Shown here: positions 1 to 8,027 of the stretch, piece after piece
Position numbering within the stretch: the stretch's first letter is position 1
Layout of the letters: every line of letters begins with the position of its first letter
DNA from: an uncultured virus (IMG/VR IMGVR_UViG_3300037042_007110)
Taxonomy: Duplodnaviria > Heunggongvirae > Uroviricota > Caudoviricetes
Strand: one strand, 5' to 3'
IMG/VR virus record: IMGVR_UViG_3300037042_007110
Location: 57,157-77,156 of that record
DNA: 20,000 bases
Program-made: the position numbers and the translations under genes
Notes under the pieces: generated by a model
Database searches by the model: none
Told to the model about the DNA's origin: nothing
What the model saw: the letters and a program-made list of their open reading frames with translations, nothing else

Positions 1-2
1 TG

Positions 3-368
3 GGGTGCGGCCGGCTCACGGTCTGGCTGGAGGAGCGGGCGGCCCGGGCCGAGGGCTTTCTGCCGACGGGCGTGCGTCGGCTCGGCCGGGCGGTCAGTCG
101 ACAGAAGGTCGTCTGCCTCAACCCGTTGCTGTCGCGGGAAGGCTGGTTTGTGACGACCCCGGAGTGGACGCCGGACCACGTCCCGGAGTGGTCGGCGGCC
201 GGGCGGCTCGTGGTCGTGGACGTGGCTGTCTACGGGGTCGGTGTGTTCCGCGTCGGCCGGGCGACCCGCCCGAGTACCGTGGCCCGTGTGGTCGGAGCAG
301 CAGTCGCGCTGCGGCTGCCCGCCTATGGCGACCCGGGCGCCGAGCTGTGGCTCCGGTCCGCGCAATGA
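3..368 (+). CDS. hypothetical protein, 5'-truncated at window edge
   Basis: Frame of ORF 72..368 is open back to position 3 (GCGRLTVWLEERAARAEGFLPTGVRRLG...); stop TGA 366-368. Confidence 0.6.
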   Translation, partial: GCGRLTVWLEERAARAEGFLPTGVRRLGRAVSRQKVVCLNPLLSREGWFVTTPEWTPDHVPEWSAAGRLVVVDVAVYGVGVFRVGRATRPSTVARVVGAAVALRLPAYGDPGAELWLRSAQ

Positions 369-370
369 TC
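360..370 (+). promoter_or_regulatory. CAAT-box element (putative phage promoter), copy 1
   Basis: GCGCAATGATC, then GGAGG 376-380 and ATG 387. Confidence 0.5.
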
Positions 371-386
371 AGGCCGGAGGCCGACC

Positions 387-512
387 ATGTTCCACCACCC
401 GACCGTGTTCCCGCGCTGGCTGGTGTGCCTCGCGTGGGTCATCGACGGCGCCGTCGCGGCGGCCGCCGGCGCCGCCCGTTGGTTGCGGCGATTCCCGGGG
501 TTCGAGTCATGA
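387..512 (+). CDS. small hydrophobic protein (41 aa)
   Basis: GGAGG 376-380; MFHHPTVFPRWLVCLAWVIDGAVAAAAGAARWLRRFPGFES; stop overlaps next ATG (ATGA 509-512); below ORF-track cutoff. Confidence 0.55.
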   Translation: MFHHPTVFPRWLVCLAWVIDGAVAAAAGAARWLRRFPGFES

Positions 513-871
513 GCGAGTCCTACGTCAAGAGGATGCAGCGGGAACGCGACGCGGCTGTCCGCCGGGCCGAGGCTGCCCAGGACGCGCTGGAGGCTGCTCT
601 GGGCGGCGACCTGGCCTGGCAGAAGCGGCTGGCCGAGGAACGGCGCGATCGCTGCCGCGTGCTGTGGGCGGTGCTGGAGCACTACCGCGTCGCCGTCGCC
701 GAGTTCATCGCTCCGACGGCGACGACCGACTGCGTCGCGGCGATCAACCGGGCCGGGCGGGTAGCTGCCGTCGCCGTCGAAGGCGGGCCGCTCGGGCACC
801 AGGGCGAAATCACGACCGAGGACAGGCCTCCGCTGGCCGATCTGGAGCGCATTCTCGGGGTGGTGCGATGA
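509..871 (+). CDS. hypothetical protein with N-terminal coiled coil
   Basis: MSESYVKRMQRERDAAVRRAEAAQDALEAAL...; ATGA coupling at both ends. Confidence 0.7.
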   Translation: MSESYVKRMQRERDAAVRRAEAAQDALEAALGGDLAWQKRLAEERRDRCRVLWAVLEHYRVAVAEFIAPTATTDCVAAINRAGRVAAVAVEGGPLGHQGEITTEDRPPLADLERILGVVR

Positions 872-1596
872 TGCCCGCGTCGATCCGCGACCTCGTCGTC
901 CGGGCCGTCGAGGCTGAAGGCTGGGACGGGCTATTCAACGAGGACGGAGAGTGCGCCTGCGAGGCGCGCGACCTGTTTCCGTGCTGCGACCCGTCCGTCG
1001 ACTGCATGCTCGGCATGAAGTGCCCGTGCCCGCCCGAGCTGTGTGGCGAGCACGACTGGCACATCGCGCCGGGCTGTCCGCGCGGCGCTGGGTCTGGTTT
1101 GCCCTCGGAGTTGAACATCGCAGCTGCGATGTCGCCGGTGAAGCCGCCCCGAGCCGACGAGCCGCTGCTGGAGGCGCTCGACAACCAATGCATGCTCGGG
1201 GACGACCCCGCCGATCCTGCGACGGCGATAGAGCGGCACGCACGCGAACTGATCGCGGAGCGCGACGCCGCCGTCGCCCGCGCCGAGAAGGCCGAGGCTG
1301 CTGTAGTGCAGTGGAAGGCGCGCTCCGCGTCGTGGGCCGCGTGCTTGAGGCTCTTCAAGAACGACGGTGACGTGGCCGACGTGGTCGCACTGATCGACGC
1401 CGCGCTCGATAGCTCCGACGTTGCCACCATGGCCGACACGCGCCGCGTTGACTGGCTAGAGACTCAGGACTGCTGGATCGGGCTGCGCGATACGGGCTCT
1501 GAGATCAGACCGCTGCGGTATGCCGGCGGGTGCTACAGACGCTCGGTGCGTGACGTAGTTGACGCCGCCCTGGTCGACGAGCCCGAGGAGGAGTGA
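868..1596 (+). CDS. phage hypothetical protein, Cys-rich N-terminal domain plus coiled coil
   Basis: GWDGLFNEDGECACEARDLFPCC..C..CPC..C cysteine cluster; ERDAAVARAEKAEA coiled coil; ATGA overlap with upstream stop. Confidence 0.7.
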   Translation: MMPASIRDLVVRAVEAEGWDGLFNEDGECACEARDLFPCCDPSVDCMLGMKCPCPPELCGEHDWHIAPGCPRGAGSGLPSELNIAAAMSPVKPPRADEPLLEALDNQCMLGDDPADPATAIERHARELIAERDAAVARAEKAEAAVVQWKARSASWAACLRLFKNDGDVADVVALIDAALDSSDVATMADTRRVDWLETQDCWIGLRDTGSEIRPLRYAGGCYRRSVRDVVDAALVDEPEEE

Positions 1597-1892
1597 CCGT
1601 GGGCACGCCAGACAGGATGCGGCGTCCGCCTTACCCGGTCTGTCCGGTGTGCGGAGGCCAGGTCGTCGGTGCGATGATGACGAGCGGCTCCGTTGAGATT
1701 GACGGTGTTCGGTTCTACCGACCGGAGGCCGTCTCGGTCTACTGCTCGTCCGGCGGCTGTAACTACGACAGGCTGCTCGCCGAGCTACCATTCCCTCCGG
1801 TTGACCAGAACAGGACGTCGGACGCCGCCCAGCGCGAGGCCACGGCGGTCAGTTCGCCGGGTGACCGCGCCGGGCGAAGGGGACCGCGCTGA
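1593..1892 (+). CDS. putative zinc-ribbon protein
   Basis: CPVC and CSSGGC pairs; GAGGAG upstream; GTGA overlap. Confidence 0.6.
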   Translation: MTVGTPDRMRRPPYPVCPVCGGQVVGAMMTSGSVEIDGVRFYRPEAVSVYCSSGGCNYDRLLAELPFPPVDQNRTSDAAQREATAVSSPGDRAGRRGPR

Positions 1893-2326
1893 TGGGCGTT
1901 GCCGTGAACGATACCGTTGCGGGTCTAGACCCTGTGGTCTTCATCGACACGCGGGGCTGCGCCGTCACGCTTGCCGCCACACGCCGAGCAGCGACGTTGG
2001 CCGAAGCCGAGGCGCGGCTCGGTGGGCTGCGGTACGAGGTCGACACGATGGCCGTCGGAGCCTACCGGCGCGTCGTGAAGGAGCGGGGACGGGGTGACGT
2101 CGTGGCGTCCATCCGTGGCGTCCGCCTTCCGCGCCCCTTCCGCGACCGCGACGGCACATGTCGGTCGGTCTATGGTGACGTGTCGGAGCGTTGGCTCGCG
2201 TTGTCGCTCCGCGCCTTCATGCACTATCCCGTGCTCGCCGATTCCCGTTGGCTCTTCCTGCTTGGCGCCACGGAGGCGAATCGAACTTTGGAGCTCGAGC
2301 TCGTTTGGATGCTCGGAGCAAACTGA
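1892..2326 (+). CDS. hypothetical protein
   Basis: 144-aa ORF with TGATG coupling at both ends. Confidence 0.65.
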   Translation: MGVAVNDTVAGLDPVVFIDTRGCAVTLAATRRAATLAEAEARLGGLRYEVDTMAVGAYRRVVKERGRGDVVASIRGVRLPRPFRDRDGTCRSVYGDVSERWLALSLRAFMHYPVLADSRWLFLLGATEANRTLELELVWMLGAN

Positions 2327-2664
2327 TGGGGTCGCCGGCGAAACCGCTCATCGTGGTGGACGAGGGCGGTGCGTTGCTCGTCTGTGCCAGAACCCAAGCG
2401 GACGCCGTGGCTGCCGAGGCGGAGGTGCGGCTCGGAGCCGACCTGGTTCCGGTCCTCTTCATGCGGATCGCGGACGAAGCTCCCGGCCTCCTGGTCGTTC
2501 TGTTGCTCTGGCGTGGGGGCCGCACGAGCGAGGTTACGCTCTGGGCGACGGCCGCCCTCCAGGCGTACATCGGGCTCCCGGTACGGTTCAACGATGCCGC
2601 GTGGGTGCTGAACGATGTGGAGCGGAGCGAGTGGGGCGTGATCCGGCTGACGCTCCGTCCGTGA
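2326..2664 (+). CDS. hypothetical protein
   Basis: MGSPAKPLIVVDEGG...; TGATG overlap, GGAG upstream. Confidence 0.65.
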   Translation: MGSPAKPLIVVDEGGALLVCARTQADAVAAEAEVRLGADLVPVLFMRIADEAPGLLVVLLLWRGGRTSEVTLWATAALQAYIGLPVRFNDAAWVLNDVERSEWGVIRLTLRP

Positions 2665-2711
2665 CAGGAGTCGCCGACGGTTTCTTTCTTCCTTGCGCGC
2701 GCCCACCGGGC

Positions 2712-2722
2712 GCGCAATGACC
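2712..2722 (+). promoter_or_regulatory. CAAT-box element, copy 2
   Basis: GCGCAATGACC, intergenic, then GGAGG 2731-2735 and ATG 2740. Confidence 0.6.
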
Positions 2723-2739
2723 CGGGGCGCGGAGGCAAC

Positions 2740-2859
2740 ATGGCACAGGAAGCGGAGATGACGAAGACCTCGCTGTCCAGGGCGGCCACTCCGGACGCGC
2801 CCGAGGCGCAGACGCGATGGAACCTCGCTGGACAGGCACCGGGCCGGGCCGGGCAATGA
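2740..2859 (+). CDS. small protein (39 aa)
   Basis: GGAGG RBS; MAQEAEMTKTSLSRAATPDAPEAQTRWNLAGQAPGRAGQ; ATGA overlap with next gene. Confidence 0.5.
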   Translation: MAQEAEMTKTSLSRAATPDAPEAQTRWNLAGQAPGRAGQ

Positions 2860-3089
2860 GCGGGGCGAACATCCACGTCCTTCGCGACAGCCCAGCCGAC
2901 ATCGACGGGTGGGCGGAGCTGCTGTTGGCGGCGGCGGAACGCGTCCGGGCGAGCGACAAGCCGATCCACGGCATAGCCGTGATTGTGGTCCGCGGGGAGC
3001 GCGTTGGAACGGAGTACGCTGGGGAGGAGCTGCGCCTGCTGGGAGGGGCGCAAGTGCTCGCTGCTCGGCTGGAACGGACGCTTGGGTGA
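2856..3089 (+). CDS. hypothetical protein
   Basis: MSGANIHVLRDSPADIDGWAELLL...; ATGA overlap. Confidence 0.65.
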   Translation: MSGANIHVLRDSPADIDGWAELLLAAAERVRASDKPIHGIAVIVVRGERVGTEYAGEELRLLGGAQVLAARLERTLG

Positions 3090-3100
3090 AGGAGGGTTCG

Positions 3101-3358
3101 ATGGCACAGGGCGCAGAACTCACGCGGACGCCGTTGTCGGCTGCGGTCGCCCGGGACAGGGGCGACGAGAAGTGGCGGAAGCTGAAGCCCGGTGACGAGG
3201 TCATCGTGCGTTACGCGGTCGATGCGGTGGCGCGGGCGGTGCTCGGGCGGCGGTTCGTCCTCGACCGCTTCTCCAAACCACACGGCTACGCCGTTGTCCG
3301 TGACGACGCCGGGGCGCTCTATGTTCACCCGGGGGCGCTCGAGCGGGTCGGCACATGA
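3101..3358 (+). CDS. small protein, possible SH3/KOW-like beta barrel
   Basis: AAGGAGG RBS; LKPGDEVIVRY...YVHPGALERV pattern. Confidence 0.65.
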   Translation: MAQGAELTRTPLSAAVARDRGDEKWRKLKPGDEVIVRYAVDAVARAVLGRRFVLDRFSKPHGYAVVRDDAGALYVHPGALERVGT

Positions 3359-3600
3359 GCCGGGCGACGGAGTACGCCGACGGCGACCGGGCGTTCGCCG
3401 AGTGGCTGGAAGATGTCGACGTGCTCGTGCGGGCGCGCGTTCCGCTGGAGCTGTTCGACTTGGAGGACATGGCGCTGCGCGAGAGCTTCGACGCGGGCGA
3501 CACCCCGGCTGATTGCCTTCGTGACGTAGTCGTCGAGTCGGTGCGCGAGTGCTACGGCGACGAGTACGCGGAGCTGCTCGTTGCGGAGGCGGACGAATGA
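3355..3600 (+). CDS. acidic hypothetical protein
   Basis: 81 aa (FAEWLEDVD...LRESFDAGDTP); ATGA overlaps at both ends. Confidence 0.7.
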   Translation: MSRATEYADGDRAFAEWLEDVDVLVRARVPLELFDLEDMALRESFDAGDTPADCLRDVVVESVRECYGDEYAELLVAEADE

Positions 3601-3839
3601 ACCTCTCGGTGATAGCCCGCGAAGAACGACTCGCCCGCGCGCTCAAGTTGACGACGACGGAGCAACTACGAATCGAATACTGCGCGGTCGGCGGCAAGCG
3701 CGGGTGGTGGCTCCGTGGTTGTGTCGAAGGCGACCAGCCCTTGCCCCAAACGGCTGCGGCGCACACGGTGCGTGAAGCACTGGACATGGTGGAGGCGTGG
3801 CTCGCGCCGGAGATCGACGGAGGGGACGATGCCGGGTAG
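3597..3839 (+). CDS. hypothetical protein
   Basis: GGAGG RBS, ATGA overlap; MNLSVIAREERLARALKL... Confidence 0.65.
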   Translation: MNLSVIAREERLARALKLTTTEQLRIEYCAVGGKRGWWLRGCVEGDQPLPQTAAAHTVREALDMVEAWLAPEIDGGDDAG

Positions 3840-4062
3840 GCGCGGGTCGAAGGGCAACCCGTTCAAGGTCGGGGAGCGGGTGCGTCTGCGCGGATCTGAA
3901 GTCGTCGCGGAGGTCGCGGAGGTTTGCAGCCCGGAGCAGAACAGTCCGGCAATGGGCGAGCGCAGCTATGCGCCGATCCGCTACTCCGTCAAGGTGGGCG
4001 CGATCGCCTTCTGGTTTGCGGCCCGGGATTTGGAGGCTGTGGATGAAGATGACGCGAGCTAA
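3829..4062 (+). CDS. small protein, possible SH3/KOW-like fold
   Basis: GGAGGGG RBS; FKVGERVRLR...WFAARDLEAV pattern. Confidence 0.65.
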   Translation: MPGRRGSKGNPFKVGERVRLRGSEVVAEVAEVCSPEQNSPAMGERSYAPIRYSVKVGAIAFWFAARDLEAVDEDDAS

Positions 4063-4125
4063 GGCTACCGTTCCGCCGGGCGCGGACCTTCGGGCGATTG
4101 TGGAGAACGCGGAGGTCGACTTCTG

Positions 4126-4419
4126 ATGAAGGTCCACACCCTGAAGTGCTGGCCTCGGGAGTTCATGGCGATCAAGGACGGGCTGAAGACGTACGAGTGG
4201 CGGAAGGACGATCGCGGTTTCCACGTCGGGGACTTGCTCGAGCTGTGGGAGTTCATCCCGAAGTACAGCCGCATGTCCGGGATGGCCCTCCGGGCGGGCG
4301 TGACCTGGATCACGGCCGGCCCCGAGTTCGGGGTTCCGGAGGGATTCGTGGTGATGGGGCTCCAGTTCCTCGAGACGTTCGACGGCACCGCGTGGGCGCG
4401 GTGGGAGAGGGTAGGGTAG
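4126..4419 (+). CDS. DUF3850 / ASCH (PUA-like) domain protein
   Basis: HTLKCWPREFMAIKDGLKTYEWRKDDRGFHVGDLLEL matches the HxLK..P..F.....G.K..E.R.DDR.F.VGD.L.L signature. Confidence 0.85.
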   Translation: MKVHTLKCWPREFMAIKDGLKTYEWRKDDRGFHVGDLLELWEFIPKYSRMSGMALRAGVTWITAGPEFGVPEGFVVMGLQFLETFDGTAWARWERVG

Positions 4420-4423
4420 CGGG

Positions 4424-4624
4424 ATGCACTTGGATGGCTTGGACGAGACGTTCGGGGAGCTGGAGATCACGGAGATGTTCGCCCACAGGAAGATCGGCCT
4501 GTGGACCGTTCGCGCCTACAGCAAGAACGCCAATTTCGAGAGCCAGCACGCGTCGCTGAAGGAGGCGCTGGAGCGTCTGGTCATCAAGATCGTGGCCGGT
4601 CGCGCCACCGCCGGCTTGGCCTGA
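4424..4624 (+). CDS. hypothetical protein
   Basis: 66-aa ORF filling the gap in the operon, natural composition. Confidence 0.6.
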   Translation: MHLDGLDETFGELEITEMFAHRKIGLWTVRAYSKNANFESQHASLKEALERLVIKIVAGRATAGLA

Positions 4625-4705
4625 CGGTGCGAGCAGCCGTTGACCGCGGCTGCCATTCCAGCCAATTTGGACAGCGCGACTGCAGGAGGCCTGGTCCCGT
4701 CAGGC

Positions 4706-4716
4706 GCTCAATGACC
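4706..4716 (+). promoter_or_regulatory. CAAT-box element, copy 3
   Basis: GCTCAATGACC, intergenic, then GGAGG 4722-4726 and ATG 4732. Confidence 0.6.
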
Positions 4717-4731
4717 AGAACGGAGGACGCG

Positions 4732-4935
4732 ATGAACGGATCGGTGATGGCCGACGCGCGACAGCGGTACGAGATCTGCGACGCGGAAGCCTGGGAACGC
4801 CAGGCAGCGGGCGTCGAGGCCGAGGCTGACCGCCTGGAGAGCAACGCGCGGGCGCTCCGCGAGCAGGCGAAGTCCATGCGGCTCCTGGCGCAGCAGGCGC
4901 GGGGACGGGCTGCTCACCCGACGGGGGTGGCCTGA
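4732..4935 (+). CDS. small coiled-coil protein
   Basis: GGAGG RBS; EAEADRLESNARALREQAKSMRLLAQQAR heptads. Confidence 0.65.
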   Translation: MNGSVMADARQRYEICDAEAWERQAAGVEAEADRLESNARALREQAKSMRLLAQQARGRAAHPTGVA

Positions 4936-5204
4936 TGCCCACGCAGGAACGCTACATGGGGCGGATAGGGGTCGTTCGGTTCTGTCGGGAGGTGACGCGG
5001 GCGCTGCCGCGCCTCTCGGTGCGCCGAAACCGCGTCTGGTACTGGCTGCCGTCCTGCTGGGGCATCGAGGTCGCGCGCCCGCTCTCGACGTGGCTCCTGT
5101 CCGCCTGGGGACGGACGCTCGTGCTGCGGCCGTCTCGTACCACGATGGACGCCGTCGACGAGCTGAAGAACTGCTGCGCCTACTGGCACGAGACGGGGCG
5201 CTGA
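4935..5204 (+). CDS. hypothetical protein
   Basis: TGATG coupling at both ends. Confidence 0.55.
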   Translation: MPTQERYMGRIGVVRFCREVTRALPRLSVRRNRVWYWLPSCWGIEVARPLSTWLLSAWGRTLVLRPSRTTMDAVDELKNCCAYWHETGR

Positions 5205-5509
5205 TGGACTACGCGGCGGAGAAGGTCGCCTTCGTGGACGCGCTCGGCCACTGGGAAGGCGGCTGCCCAGCGAAGGACGCCAGGGTCATCGTCCGTCAGC
5301 GCGTTCGCGGCGAGTACGAGGTGACCAGGCGGGTCGCTCCAGGCAGTTCGCTGGCGACACGGCTCGGGTGGTTGTTGGAGGGGCCGCACCACTGGGAGGT
5401 TCGACCGGCCCAGGGGTTGTCACCGTGGACTGCCCGGATGACGGTGTCCCGCGATTCGGGCATCGCGCTGCTCATGTCGCTGTACGCGGAGCGGGGCCGG
5501 CCGTGCTGA
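5204..5509 (+). CDS. hypothetical protein
   Basis: MDYAAEKVAFVDALGHW...; TGATG overlap. Confidence 0.6.
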   Translation: MDYAAEKVAFVDALGHWEGGCPAKDARVIVRQRVRGEYEVTRRVAPGSSLATRLGWLLEGPHHWEVRPAQGLSPWTARMTVSRDSGIALLMSLYAERGRPC

Positions 5510-5706
5510 CCTCCAAGGAAGGGGTCGGGTCCGGCCTCCACTACGAGTCGCGGCTCATCGTCCGGCCGGACGCCGCGGACGGGCTGATGTTCGAGGTCGT
5601 GCTGCCGGAGGGAGCAGCGTGCCTCGTGCTCCACGAAGACCACGTCCGCGAGCTGTACGGCGCCATCGGGCGTTGGCTGGAGGGGCGGCGGAGGTTGCAT
5701 GGGTAG
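5503..5706 (+). CDS. hypothetical protein
   Basis: GTG start overlapping upstream stop; LVLHEDHVRELYGAIGRWLE. Confidence 0.6.
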   Translation: MLTSKEGVGSGLHYESRLIVRPDAADGLMFEVVLPEGAACLVLHEDHVRELYGAIGRWLEGRRRLHG

Positions 5707-6475
5707 GGCGCTCGACGCTGCGGCCGAGGCCGTCTTCTTCGGACAACGGCTGTCCGACGTGGACGCCATGGTGAAGCGGTCGTCGGACCGCTGGTCCGAG
5801 GCGGCCGGAGTGCGACTGCTTGTGGATGGGCGCCGGGCGGCTTGTCCGGGCTGCGGGCTTGGGCACTGCTGCTACCAGCCAGTCCTGACGACGTTCGTCG
5901 AGGCGCTGGCCGTCGCTCGCGCCTTGACCGCGGCCGGTCGGGCGACGCGTTCCTTTCGCCGCGCACTGCGCCGAGCTGGCGAGAAGCAGGAGCGTACGCT
6001 GCTCGTCGGTCGGGAGAGCGAGCGCATGAGCCGGTGCCCGTTGCTCGACCGACAGAACCGCTGCACCGTGTACGCCGTCAGGCCGACCAGCTGCAGGACG
6101 TACATCGTCTTCGATGGGCGGGACGCCTGCCGTCCCTACGCGGAGCGCGAAGACGGGGAGCGGCCGATGGTCGCCGTGGTCGACAACGGGGCTCCGGTGG
6201 CGACCTCGATCCAGGTGGCGATGACCGCCGCCGCGGGGCTCGGGTGGCCGCGCGACATCTACGTCCGCGGGCTCCCACTTCAGGTTGCCGCGTGGCTGGA
6301 TGCCGACGTTGGCCCGGCGGACGACTTCTGGGAGACGATCCGTCGTCAGTCTGCCATCGACCACGTCAGCCTGGCCAAGATCGCAGCGAACCAAGCGGGC
6401 TCCGTGATCGGGTTCGATTCGCGTGGCATCTTGGACATCATCCGACAGTTCGCCGAGAGCGTGGAGGCACCATGA
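5699..6475 (+). CDS. YkgJ family / CxxCxxCC putative Zn- or Fe-S-cluster protein
   Basis: CPGCGLGHCC ... CPLL....RCTVYAVRPTSCRTY, the characteristic family motif. Confidence 0.85.
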   Translation: MGRALDAAAEAVFFGQRLSDVDAMVKRSSDRWSEAAGVRLLVDGRRAACPGCGLGHCCYQPVLTTFVEALAVARALTAAGRATRSFRRALRRAGEKQERTLLVGRESERMSRCPLLDRQNRCTVYAVRPTSCRTYIVFDGRDACRPYAEREDGERPMVAVVDNGAPVATSIQVAMTAAAGLGWPRDIYVRGLPLQVAAWLDADVGPADDFWETIRRQSAIDHVSLAKIAANQAGSVIGFDSRGILDIIRQFAESVEAP

Positions 6476-7641
6476 ACTTGCTGGAACGTCAGGTCTGGGC
6501 AGCCGTCTTCGGAGACAGCTTCAACAGGTACTCGTCGATGGCCGAGCCCCCACGAGCAGCGGCGCTCGGTGTCGGGCTTGCCGACGAAGCCGTGCTGCTG
6601 CTGCGGGAGCGTGCGGACCTGGGGGCGCTGCACAACAGCGAGGACTTGGAAGCCGAACGCCAGGCCGAGCTCGACCTGGGCGAAACCGACCAGTCCGACG
6701 TCGCCAACCCGGCGCTCGCCGGGCCGCCGCCAGGCGTCGTCGATCTCGTGCTCGCAGCCGGCGACCGACACGAGGCTGAGGCGAAGCGGCTCCGCAAGGA
6801 AGGCGCTCCGCGTGTCGTGGACATGTTGGCGGAGGAACGCGCGCTGGCCTGCTACCAGGTCGCTGATGAGTTGTCCGGGCTCTCGCAGAGCATCATGGGG
6901 CGCCTACCGCGCGTCGAGCACCCCGAACTTCCAGATGCACTGACCGACGCCAACGCGACCATTCTGGAGCTGCGCGAGCGGGTCGCCGCCTTCGCACGGT
7001 CGCGCCGTCGCTGGATCGACGCAATCGTGGCGGCTGTCCCCGACGGCTGGAACACACCGGACGAGGCCACCATCGCCATCAAGGCGGCTGTCGCCGGCGC
7101 TGCTCCGCTCGGGGAGCCCGTTGCGGCGGAGCGCGTCAGTCCGCCCGGTCCGGAGGCGGCGGGGCGGCTGCGCGCCGAGGCGCTCTGTCGCGCGGAGTTC
7201 GCTGCCCACGTCGGGAAGATCCTGGTTGCGCGCACCGTCTATGGATACGTCGGCGACGACTTCCGCGAGTTCCATCTGGACCCGCCCGTCCGCGTGCGCG
7301 TCGAGCCCACGCTGGACGAGGACGTAACGCGCTGGTGCGATGCCTGGTGCGACCCGTACTGGGACGTGACGCTTGTCGACCGGCCGGCCGAGCTGGCTGC
7401 GGCAAGCGCCCTGTGGGTCGACGGGCCGTCTCATGCGATGGACGGGACGGTCGGCTGGGGCCACGACTGGACCGAGGAGGCATCCCTGGTCAACGAGCAC
7501 CGCGAGTGGGACAGGCTTGCCCGGGCGGTGGGCTGGAGCGAGGCCGTCAACTGCCCGCCGTGGGCCTTCGTCTCCGCGGTGCTGGAGCGCCGGGGTTCCG
7601 TACCTCAAGATCCCCAAGGGCCACCGCCGGACGGTGCTTGA
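6472..7641 (+). CDS. multidomain hypothetical protein (389 aa)
   Basis: GGAGG RBS, ATGA overlap; central coiled coil, Trp/Asp-rich C-terminal part. Confidence 0.7.
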   Translation: MNLLERQVWAAVFGDSFNRYSSMAEPPRAAALGVGLADEAVLLLRERADLGALHNSEDLEAERQAELDLGETDQSDVANPALAGPPPGVVDLVLAAGDRHEAEAKRLRKEGAPRVVDMLAEERALACYQVADELSGLSQSIMGRLPRVEHPELPDALTDANATILELRERVAAFARSRRRWIDAIVAAVPDGWNTPDEATIAIKAAVAGAAPLGEPVAAERVSPPGPEAAGRLRAEALCRAEFAAHVGKILVARTVYGYVGDDFREFHLDPPVRVRVEPTLDEDVTRWCDAWCDPYWDVTLVDRPAELAAASALWVDGPSHAMDGTVGWGHDWTEEASLVNEHREWDRLARAVGWSEAVNCPPWAFVSAVLERRGSVPQDPQGPPPDGA

Positions 7642-7981
7642 TCATCCCGAGCCCGTTTATCCGCGTCACCGACTCGATTCCACCGGAGTACGCCACGTCC
7701 CAACCGAAGGACGTGGCGATCTCGACCAGTCCGACAACGAGCGCAACGCGCACGACCTCGGCGCGGAGCGCGATACGGCGCTGTCCGCGCAGCATCACCG
7801 TGATCCGACAGGATGTGTGCCCGACGCCGTGAACGCGAATGCGCCCACGTTCTCCGAGCCGGATGGCAGCGGCATCTTCATCGCTGAACAGGGCGATGAA
7901 GTCCGCCGAGGCCAGGCGCTCATGCGGCCGGCGGAGCACCGGGAGCTTGTCGTCCAGCAGCGGTAGCAACGTCACGGCCAC
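7547..7981 (-). CDS. probable lone minus-strand hypothetical protein (start uncertain: 7981/7975/7969)
   Basis: Fills an otherwise empty 7642-8000 gap. Third codon positions are mostly G/C on this strand and the translation is protein-like (LLPLLDDKLPVLRRPHERLASADFIALF...). A minus-strand CAAT-box sits at 7981-7991. Overlaps the end of the converging gene by about 95 nt. Confidence 0.45.
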   Translation of the reverse strand: MAVTLLPLLDDKLPVLRRPHERLASADFIALFSDEDAAAIRLGERGRIRVHGVGHTSCRITVMLRGQRRIALRAEVVRVALVVGLVEIATSFGWDVAYSGGIESVTRINGLGMIKHRPAVALGDLEVRNPGAPAPRRRRPTAGS

Positions 7982-8005
7982 GTCATTGAGCAGACGCTCA
8001 ATGAC
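7982..8005. promoter_or_regulatory. perfect inverted repeat made of two back-to-back CAAT-box elements
   Basis: GTCATTGAGC-agac-GCTCAATGAC; plus copy (copy 4) is 29 nt before DUF4417 ATG 8028. Confidence 0.65.
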
Positions 8006-8027
8006 CGGCGTGGTAGAAACGAAGGCC

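Noticed and set aside
2659..2692. Rho-independent terminator before TTTCTTTCTT
   Set aside because: The stem is short and bulged; cannot be supported without folding calculations.
4043..4126. 27-aa ORF with GGAGG upstream and TGATG coupling to the ASCH-like gene
   Set aside because: Plausible but too short to support from sequence alone.
7839..8027. N-terminal extension of DUF4417 in the ORF track
   Set aside because: Ser/Arg-rich non-protein-like sequence lying upstream of the promoter-like box and overlapping the probable minus-strand gene.
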